Both the position numbers and the translations under genes were made by a program. The notes below the pieces were generated by a model. It did no database searches, was not told the DNA's origin, and saw nothing but the letters and a program-made list of their open reading frames with translations. Of a stretch of 61,121 nt of DNA, positions 29,168 through 35,929 are shown piece after piece (the first letter of the stretch is position 1; each line of letters begins with the position of its first letter). Origin of the DNA: a phage; NCBI GenBank assembly GCA_012008225.1, contig GCA_012008225.1_4768.1; one strand, given 5' to 3'.

Positions 29168-29239
29168 GCTACCTGGTATTTCCGGCGCGTGCTGTTACCT
29201 GGTATTTTCGACACGCTCGCGCTACCTGGTATTTCCGGC
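29168..29239. repeat. Three direct repeats GCTACCTGGTATTTCCGGC (middle copy GTTACCTGGTATTTTCGAC) at 26-27 bp spacing
   Basis: Copies begin at 29168, 29194 and 29221 in the divergent intergenic region; first and third are identical 19-mers. Confidence 0.7.
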
Positions 29240-29317
29240 ACACCATCTACCGTATAGTCCCGGATGTTATTATTATGAAGTACAACTAAAAAAGTTCTAA
29301 AATAATGCAGATAATAG

Positions 29318-29346
29318 TTGCATCTGATACCCCGTTGTCATACTAT
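29318..29346 (+). promoter_or_regulatory. Sigma70-like early promoter
   Basis: TTGCAT (29318-29323), 17 nt spacer, TACTAT (29341-29346); ~75 nt upstream of first early gene. Confidence 0.45.
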
Positions 29347-29421
29347 AACTGCGTAGGGTTAAGGGGGTTTTTAAGCGGGACACGGGTTCCGCGCCCGCCT
29401 CACCCGAAGGGAGATTGCATT

Positions 29422-29727
29422 ATGTCCATTATCTACTTACCGCGTTCCATGTCCCAATCTCAGATTACTAAGCGCATTATCGGCAAGCGCCTGCATCAGC
29501 TGGGCCTTACTGCGGAAAAGGTTGACGGGGATTGGGGTTTCGATGAGTATCTGGTAATGCTCCCGGGCAACGAAAAGTATTCCAGCACCGCGTTATATAT
29601 TCGCATTAACGAGGACGGCACTGTTAGCTCTTATAGCGTAATGTACGGTCGCCCAGTATGCCAAGCTAACAGCCTTTGGTCTGTGTTCTGCTTCATTACA
29701 ATGATAGCTAAAGCTATCCAACAATAA
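29422..29727 (+). CDS. Early protein, paralog family A (copy 1)
   Basis: ATG at 29422 after GGGAGA (ORF-track frame from 29305); shares ITxRIIGKR and downstream pattern with gene 30871-31128. Confidence 0.6.
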   Translation: MSIIYLPRSMSQSQITKRIIGKRLHQLGLTAEKVDGDWGFDEYLVMLPGNEKYSSTALYIRINEDGTVSSYSVMYGRPVCQANSLWSVFCFITMIAKAIQQ

Positions 29728-29803
29728 TAGCGTGCTAATGGTTGCCCATTGTTGCAGTGGGCTCCCACTAGCAATCCGCTAGAACAACATGGAGATAATT
29801 ACA

Positions 29804-30283
29804 ATGGCTACTATCACTCGCGTAGCAAAAGATGCTCGCTTCTTCACTAATATGTCTAACGCTCGCCGTGCCTTGAAAAAGGTTCTGGATGTGGACACTG
29901 CGACAGCTAACAGCTTTATTCACCAGGAGCCTCTCGAAGACGGTGGCCGCTACTGGTTCAGCGAAAGCGCGGTTAATAAAGCAGCTAACGATCTGGTTGA
30001 AGCTGATAAAGCGACTGTCGTGGAAGTGACCACACAACCTGCTCCAACCGCTCCCGCTAAAAGCAAAACACGCAGCGAAACGCGCAACGGGGTCCGTCGC
30101 CCAATTAAAGGTAAATGTGCAGACGTTTGGAACGCTCTGGATAATATTTTGCCTGATGGTGTGCCAACTATTGGTAACGTCCGTGACCTTGCGAAAGCTA
30201 ATGGTTGGAATATTAATAATGCAACGATTGAATTCTACGCATGGCGTAAATTCCACGGGCTCAATAATAAAGGGGGCAACTAA
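29804..30283 (+). CDS. Hypothetical early protein
   Basis: ATG at 29804 after GGAGA; 159 aa. Confidence 0.55.
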   Translation: MATITRVAKDARFFTNMSNARRALKKVLDVDTATANSFIHQEPLEDGGRYWFSESAVNKAANDLVEADKATVVEVTTQPAPTAPAKSKTRSETRNGVRRPIKGKCADVWNALDNILPDGVPTIGNVRDLAKANGWNINNATIEFYAWRKFHGLNNKGGN

Positions 30284-30285
30284 TT

Positions 30286-30360
30286 ATGTTCTACTTATTA
30301 GCGTTCTTGGTATTCGGAGCTCCAATAGTTGCGGGTCTGTATTATACGGAGGGCAAATAA
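30286..30360 (+). CDS. Candidate 24-aa hydrophobic micropeptide (MFYLLAFLVFGAPIVAGLYYTEGK)
   Basis: ATG at 30286, 8 nt after AGGGGG; not in ORF track (too short); ends at TAA 30358-30360. Confidence 0.3.
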   Translation: MFYLLAFLVFGAPIVAGLYYTEGK

Positions 30361-30361
30361 T

Positions 30362-30547
30362 ATGGAAACTATAGTTCTTTATTGTTGGGTTGACCTGGAC
30401 GAACACGAATATTGTGTGAATATTAACAACGGACCAGTCCCGGACGTAACTTTCGCATCCTATGACGAAATGGATGCGTATGTAAAAGGTTTCCGCGAGT
30501 GCGCTCGCATTGCAAATATTAACGTGACTGTAATTTTACCGGAGTGA
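30362..30547 (+). CDS. Hypothetical early protein
   Basis: ATG at 30362 after GGAGGG; 61 aa acidic protein. Confidence 0.5.
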   Translation: METIVLYCWVDLDEHEYCVNINNGPVPDVTFASYDEMDAYVKGFRECARIANINVTVILPE

Positions 30548-30552
30548 CTATC

Positions 30553-30798
30553 ATGGCCCAAGCTATTATCACCAAATTCGTGAACCCGACTTCCGCTCGC
30601 GCTCCGCGCGTAAAAGCAACAGGCTGGAACGGCTCTGTAACTATCACATGGCGTGACGATGTGGGTGTTTACGGCAACCACCGCGCCGCAGCGGAGGAGC
30701 TGATCAATAAGTTTAACGCTAAAGCGGGAGTTGAGTTTGAGATTATCTCCCACGGGGAGCTCCCGGATCAAAGTGGTTACGCGTTTATCGTTGCATGA
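30553..30798 (+). CDS. Early protein, paralog family B (copy 1)
   Basis: ATG at 30553 after GGAG; similar in pattern to gene 31158-31406 (M.AI..K...PT.S...R.KA.G ... AAA.EL ... G.LPD). Confidence 0.6.
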   Translation: MAQAIITKFVNPTSARAPRVKATGWNGSVTITWRDDVGVYGNHRAAAEELINKFNAKAGVEFEIISHGELPDQSGYAFIVA

Positions 30799-30870
30799 GT
30801 GACATATACATTGCCCATAGTAACAGTGGGCAATAATATGCACTTCGCATAGTTAACTGAGGAAATTATT

Positions 30871-31128
30871 ATGTCTACAATATTAAACCAGTCAATGATC
30901 ACCCGTCGCATTATCGGCAAACGTATAGCTAATCTTGCGACTATCACCGCAGAGCTGGAAACTTTCGGTAATAACGCGCGCAAATATCGCGTCCGTTGCA
31001 ATGGTCTTAACGTTTATTTAACTGTGTTCAACGACGGTAGAGTTCACGCGGAACTGCATACTATGGGCCGCCTGGTTGCAACAGCGTCCACGCTGGCGGG
31101 CTTCATCAACCTGTTAAAAAACTGCTAA
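30871..31128 (+). CDS. Early protein, paralog family A (copy 2)
   Basis: ATG at 30871 after GAGGA; MSTILNQSMITRRIIGKRIANL aligns with copy 1. Confidence 0.6.
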   Translation: MSTILNQSMITRRIIGKRIANLATITAELETFGNNARKYRVRCNGLNVYLTVFNDGRVHAELHTMGRLVATASTLAGFINLLKNC

Positions 31129-31157
31129 CATTTAAAATTGTAACGGAGATAACTAAT

Positions 31158-31406
31158 ATGAACGCTATCCATGTCAAAGCACTGGCACCGACTCAATCCA
31201 AAGGTATGCGCTTTAAAGCAGTCGGCCTCGGTATGTGCGCAATAACTGCAAACGACTACAACCTGAACGGTGAAGCAAACGCCGCTGCCGCTGCGCAGGA
31301 GTTACTCGATAACTACAACATGCAGAACAGGTCACTTCAACTTAAGATACTTGGAGTTGGTACGCTTCCAGATAATACCTGGGCTGTACTATTAACTTGT
31401 AAATAA
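31158..31406 (+). CDS. Early protein, paralog family B (copy 2)
   Basis: ATG at 31158 after ACGGAG; aligns with gene 30553-30798. Confidence 0.6.
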   Translation: MNAIHVKALAPTQSKGMRFKAVGLGMCAITANDYNLNGEANAAAAAQELLDNYNMQNRSLQLKILGVGTLPDNTWAVLLTCK

Positions 31407-31429
31407 GTTCTAACTGCATTATACAGTCC

Positions 31430-31466
31430 GCGCCCTGTTGAAGTCCAACGGGGCGCTTTCGTTTTG
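31430..31466 (+). terminator. Rho-independent terminator ending the early operon
   Basis: 11 bp stem GCGCCCTGTTG/CAACGGGGCGC (one G-U pair), loop AAGTC, then TTTCGTTTTG. Confidence 0.7.
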
Positions 31467-31469
31467 TAC

Positions 31470-32430
31470 CCGCACCACCTCCCGCGTTACCCTGCTGACC
31501 ACATGTTACTCACCCATAACTGCACCATTCGCGCTCTAAGAGCGTAACTCCTTCCTCCGTACATTACCATAGACTCCAAACTAGTCGCTTTATACGCCTT
31601 TACAGCGATCCGCTCCCTGCTTCCCTGTACGCGATTTTGCGGCATTTTCGCCCCTCACTGCCACCATTGCACTGATCCAACCGCTTTATCGCGCTACGCG
31701 CCCCATTTTCGCGGCTATTTTCGCTTTATGGGCTACCCGCTACACCGATCCCAGCCACCAAACCTCACCGAAATGCTCGCTTTCACCGAAAAATCCGACA
31801 TTTATACCATAAAATAGAATCGTTTTCGGGCTACAAAAATTCAGACTCAAAAATCCGATTCGCTCCGAAAGTCACTTCAACAAAAATCGCTTGCAATCTA
31901 GTTTTCTTTTGTGTTAGACCGCGTGCCCGCATTATGCGCGTGCGCGAGCTTGTGAGCGCCTCGTTGTTGCGCAACAAATATTTCTTATATTGCTCGTATA
32001 TTGTCGCTTAATATACGAAATGAAAGGAGGTAAGTGCATGAAAAATAAGGTAAAAATGTGTATGTGTGTGTATTTATATAAATTTTATAAAGATTTTTTA
32101 TTTTTGAGTTGTCTACTGACGACCCCACGAGACCCCTTTATAAATAATATAAATCACTATAAACCTCCCAATCCCCAAAATTTTCCCTTATTTTTCATAC
32201 ACTTCGCTTCGCCGTTTCGTATATTGCTGGATCTTTATAAATTGTGCATTTTTTCACCGATCTTTATAAATTTGCAAATTCTCACCTTCAGACTGTTGTA
32301 ATTTTTGCAAAAGCAAAAACTTTGCATATACAAAACACCGCAAAACATCACAGTTGCAAATAGCAAAAACTTTGCATAAATTAAAACTTGGCAACTGAAT
32401 TTCAAAATCAGTCGATTTATTATTATCAAG
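31470..32430. promoter_or_regulatory. ~1 kb noncoding repeat-rich region (candidate replication origin / regulatory hub)
   Basis: GC-rich part with reiterated short motifs (CGCTTTAT x3, ATTTTCGC x3, CACCGAAA x2, AAAATCCGA x2); perfect 14 bp palindrome TTGTTGCGCAACAA (31964-31977); AT-rich part with direct repeats GATCTTTATAAATT (32230, 32259) and AGCAAAAACTTTGCATA (32312, 32362). Confidence 0.4.
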
Positions 32431-32439
32431 GGTGAGGTT

Positions 32440-33060
32440 ATGCGCAATCGTAAAATTGAAATAACACACGCACACGTACAAGAAATGTTCGGTTACGACG
32501 AAGTGATGTACGCCAAAGCGGTAGCCATATTAGAACAGCACAAAGACAGCCTAAGTAATGTGGTCAAAACGTGGAAGGAGGCTGGCCTCGTGTTGCGGCC
32601 GAATGCGGTCAAGACGCTGGACGACGGGCGTAAATATATGTGCTGGGCAGCTCCGATGTTTGGGATGATGTTCACTATCGACATCTACTTCGCATACTGG
32701 TTGTTACACGCGGATTTTGTGATTCCGCTCGACAAGTACATGCACAGCAAAGGGTTCAATAGTTGCTTTGACGTGTGTCCTGACACGGAAGGCAACGGTG
32801 TTATGATCCTGGGCTTTAAGTGGGTGGGCGATAAGTGTGAAATAAGGCCGCTGCGATATCCGCGTGGTAAAGCGCGTCGTGCATATATCGAAGACGGTAT
32901 TGTTCATTGGTGCAATGTAACGAAGCGTCGAATGAGCACTGACCACATTGCGCATATCAAAGAGGGCCTCGTTAGACTTCAGACGAATAATAATGGTAAT
33001 GTGCAGTTACAGAAAGAATTGCAAGAACTCATTGAATACATTGATCAGTTCGGAGCGTGA
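32440..33060 (+). CDS. Hypothetical protein
   Basis: 206 aa; ATG at 32440 after GGTGAGG. Confidence 0.6.
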   Translation: MRNRKIEITHAHVQEMFGYDEVMYAKAVAILEQHKDSLSNVVKTWKEAGLVLRPNAVKTLDDGRKYMCWAAPMFGMMFTIDIYFAYWLLHADFVIPLDKYMHSKGFNSCFDVCPDTEGNGVMILGFKWVGDKCEIRPLRYPRGKARRAYIEDGIVHWCNVTKRRMSTDHIAHIKEGLVRLQTNNNGNVQLQKELQELIEYIDQFGA

Positions 33061-33061
33061 G

Positions 33062-33331
33062 ATGGTTGACAAACAAGATCTGCTTCCTAAGTGGTATCCA
33101 GATTATCGTGAGTCGGATACTTTGATGCGTATTCAGTTTATCTTGGATCACCAGACTGACTTTTCATTACATTTAAGGGAAGAGCTCCGGCAAACGAATA
33201 TGAAGAACTTATGGGCTATCAAGAAACGTCTTCGTTTAAGGGAGCATCTTAATGACCTGCATAAAGTTATGCAGCAACTTATACGGTACAGCATCCGTAT
33301 TAAAGAATCGCATGATATCTGGAGGAAGTGA
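33062..33331 (+). CDS. Hypothetical protein
   Basis: ATG at 33062 after GGAG; ORF-track frame 32948..33331. Confidence 0.5.
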   Translation: MVDKQDLLPKWYPDYRESDTLMRIQFILDHQTDFSLHLREELRQTNMKNLWAIKKRLRLREHLNDLHKVMQQLIRYSIRIKESHDIWRK

Positions 33332-33336
33332 CGGGA

Positions 33337-33669
33337 ATGATCAAGTTAAAATGGTACGTGGATCCTGAGCCAACAGGGCCATACAGGTCTTTCCAACGTA
33401 GAGGGTGGCCGACTTGTTACAACGGTAATCCTGATAAAGAAGATTGCGATGTGCTTGCAACCATTGTGAGTCTTAACCGTGATGGATATGAAGGTCATTA
33501 CGCAAGGGCGACAGACTTACGTCTGAAAGTCCGTATATACTTCAAGGTCGGTGGAGAACACCGCACAGGACTCTCTAAGGAAGAGTTCAGTAGCATTGCT
33601 GAAGCAAAGGCATGGCTTAAAACCTTCTACAAGAATAACCCTCAATACTACCCATTTAAGGAGAAGTGA
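33337..33669 (+). CDS. Hypothetical protein
   Basis: ATG at 33337, 10 nt after GGAGGA (ORF-track GTG at 33328). Confidence 0.55.
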   Translation: MIKLKWYVDPEPTGPYRSFQRRGWPTCYNGNPDKEDCDVLATIVSLNRDGYEGHYARATDLRLKVRIYFKVGGEHRTGLSKEEFSSIAEAKAWLKTFYKNNPQYYPFKEK

Positions 33670-34019
33670 TGGAAACAGTAAGTAATTCACCTTTATATAA
33701 AGCAAAGGTGCGACTTCTTGAACAAGCTAAACAGCTCGACCCGGTTACAAATCCTGATTTACTTGACGCTATTGTGAATGCGATGGAAGTTATGGACGCG
33801 GCGGACTTCCTGCTCCATCGTGTGTCGCACGTTGCCAAGGCTTTAGGTTACACGGATAATGTCGAAGATTTTCAAAGTGCGTTCGAATACCTTATGCGTA
33901 ACCGTGAGAAGGCGCTTGTGGTGGATCGGCAATATCAGCTTATCAAAAATAAATCGAAGGTCGAACGTCTACTTCGTGAGACTTTGGAAATAGTAACGGG
34001 AGGTGAAGATGCAAATTAA
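33669..34019 (+). CDS. Hypothetical protein
   Basis: ATG at 33669 overlaps upstream stop (TGATG); AAGGAG upstream. Confidence 0.55.
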   Translation: METVSNSPLYKAKVRLLEQAKQLDPVTNPDLLDAIVNAMEVMDAADFLLHRVSHVAKALGYTDNVEDFQSAFEYLMRNREKALVVDRQYQLIKNKSKVERLLRETLEIVTGGEDAN

Positions 34020-34395
34020 TCTTACTCAGAAGGCTGTGCGGTACTTCGGTGAAGTGTTCTTTGTTCCAGTGTGGGCCAAATATCTTGCGGTAGACGAGGA
34101 CGGTACTTTAACTGCATTTGAGAATGAACCTCAGTGGTGTGAATGTATTGATGGCGATGGTTTTTGGGTATTAACTGAGCCAGGTATTGAAATCGATATC
34201 TGTTATAACGTAGATCTTGAAGGTATGGATTTCAAAGAAACGTGTGTTAATATAGACTATAAAGTAAGCGACAATCCTCATGACCACACTGAATGGTTCG
34301 AACGTATACGCAAAGATGATTATAAGCGATCATTGCTAGGCAAATGGACGCCGAAATGTGGTCAACTGAATAAAGAAGGTGATAAAGATGAATAA
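34009..34395 (+). CDS. Hypothetical protein
   Basis: ATG at 34009, 5 nt after GGGAGG. Confidence 0.55.
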   Translation: MQINLTQKAVRYFGEVFFVPVWAKYLAVDEDGTLTAFENEPQWCECIDGDGFWVLTEPGIEIDICYNVDLEGMDFKETCVNIDYKVSDNPHDHTEWFERIRKDDYKRSLLGKWTPKCGQLNKEGDKDE

Positions 34396-34924
34396 AGAAT
34401 GTGTGCGTTTATATCAAGAGCGTGACGCTTTTGAATTAGATAAAGCTGGTGGCTTTTATTCTCGTCATGTTATGGCAATGACGTCCGAACAATTGCATAG
34501 TAAAAGTGCTATTGCTGCGGAGTTGGGCCATCGTGATATGCGAATTGAACAATTGGAGAAAGAGTTGCAGGCTCTTCGCTCTATCCTTGCGGATCCTGTT
34601 ATTATCCCTCGTGAAATGACAGACGACATTGGTGAAGCTATTGCCCGGGAGGCACATTGTTGCGGCGGCATTGCGTACAGCATTTATGAAGCAATTATTG
34701 CAGTAGTTAAAGAGCCGTTCAAGAATACTACGCTAACTCAAGAAGAAATTGATATTCTTCAGACTGACATCCTTACTTTGTGCAAGCGTATTAAAGACGC
34801 GTATGAAGAAGGTTTATTTGATAAGCAATGGAACCAGGAAGTTCAGACAGACGAACAACTGTGGAACGCGTCTACTGCGAAACGTATCCATGACGCATTG
34901 ATCAAACAAGCTATGGAGCAATAA
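34388..34924 (+). CDS. Hypothetical protein
   Basis: ATG at 34388 after AAGGTG; 178 aa. Confidence 0.55.
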   Translation: MNKECVRLYQERDAFELDKAGGFYSRHVMAMTSEQLHSKSAIAAELGHRDMRIEQLEKELQALRSILADPVIIPREMTDDIGEAIAREAHCCGGIAYSIYEAIIAVVKEPFKNTTLTQEEIDILQTDILTLCKRIKDAYEEGLFDKQWNQEVQTDEQLWNASTAKRIHDALIKQAMEQ

Positions 34925-34926
34925 TT

Positions 34927-35196
34927 ATGATCACAGCACAAGAAGCTCGTACAAATAGTGAAAACTTGGATACCAGTGCATATCTTGATGATTTGGATAA
35001 ATGGATTACTAAAGCGTCTCTAGATGGCAGGGATCATATTAAATTATTTAAAAAGCCATATAGTGAAATTGGTAGTCCTAATGCACGTCCTGTAATGAGA
35101 AAGGTGACTGAACAACTGGTATCATTTGGATATAAAATCAAATATAACCAACCACTGAGTCAGATGGACACTGAAAGTGTAGAAATTTTATGGTAA
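34927..35196 (+). CDS. Hypothetical protein
   Basis: 89 aa; ATG at 34927. Confidence 0.5.
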   Translation: MITAQEARTNSENLDTSAYLDDLDKWITKASLDGRDHIKLFKKPYSEIGSPNARPVMRKVTEQLVSFGYKIKYNQPLSQMDTESVEILW

Positions 35197-35211
35197 TCTT
35201 GAAGGTAATAT

Positions 35212-35610
35212 ATGTTAGTTAAACTTGTTGTTGATGTTAAATTTGAAGAACCAATTAAAGGTCAGAATATCCATACTTTGGAAATTGGCTCTTTTAATGT
35301 AGATAAATTAATCAAAGGACGATTAGCTGGTTTAGACTTGCCTTGTGATATTAACCACAGACTCCCCGTTGAGTCCACAGCTAAAGTCCGCGGAAATGGA
35401 CGCATTCTATCTTTTTCTGATTCTATGAAAGATTGGGAAGATTTAAAGTTTATTGTCAGCTCCCGCATATTGAATGCACAATGTAAGGCGGATTCGGATA
35501 ATTATATGAAACACTTTTATCCGAGAATAATGTTTAGAGATAGAATTAGTATCTCTAAAGAACAGATAATGTGTAAACCTATTGTTTGTCGCTGGGTCTT
35601 AGTACCATAA
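35212..35610 (+). CDS. Hypothetical protein
   Basis: 132 aa; ATG at 35212 after GAAGGT. Confidence 0.55.
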   Translation: MLVKLVVDVKFEEPIKGQNIHTLEIGSFNVDKLIKGRLAGLDLPCDINHRLPVESTAKVRGNGRILSFSDSMKDWEDLKFIVSSRILNAQCKADSDNYMKHFYPRIMFRDRISISKEQIMCKPIVCRWVLVP

Positions 35611-35613
35611 TCT

Positions 35614-35633
35614 GCAGGGGGTTAACCCCCTGC
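35614..35633. promoter_or_regulatory. Perfect 20 bp GC-rich palindrome GCAGGGGGTTAACCCCCTGC
   Basis: Lies 4 nt after the stop at 35610 and upstream of TATATACTAT; no U-tract follows, so either an operator or an RNA hairpin. Confidence 0.4.
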
Positions 35634-35683
35634 GATCCATCAGTATATACTATGTGTGTCCTAATGGATCGTAGGAGAATAAC

Positions 35684-35920
35684 ATGTCAGATTTAATTAC
35701 CGTTCACTATTATGGTTCAGATGTAGAAGTACCAAAAGACACAAGATATATTGCAACAGATTCTGATGGTTGCGTGTACGCATTTAATAATGACAAGCCC
35801 GTCTTTAATGAAAAGGTTGGTACATGGTGTGTTTACACGAATTCTTTTAAGCTGGTAGATGTCAACTTTGATGTTGTACCATCCCGTTCGTTATTTGAAA
35901 TTAATCCCGCTACGTTTTAA
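35684..35920 (+). CDS. Hypothetical protein
   Basis: 78 aa; ATG at 35684 after AGGAG. Confidence 0.5.
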   Translation: MSDLITVHYYGSDVEVPKDTRYIATDSDGCVYAFNNDKPVFNEKVGTWCVYTNSFKLVDVNFDVVPSRSLFEINPATF

Positions 35921-35929
35921 GGTAATAAC

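Noticed and set aside
28999-29289. 96-aa ORF in the ORF track spanning the divergent intergenic region
   Set aside because: Lies over the triple direct repeats (its repeated TWYFRH peptide is just the DNA repeat translated), has no SD and sits antisense to the promoter region; most likely noncoding
31990-32301. 103-aa ORF (ATG at 32038 with perfect AGGAGGT) in the AT-rich repeat region
   Set aside because: Product is a low-complexity Phe/Leu/Ile/Cys-rich sequence and the ORF runs straight through direct repeats typical of regulatory DNA. Kept only as a remark in the origin finding, because the SD is strong
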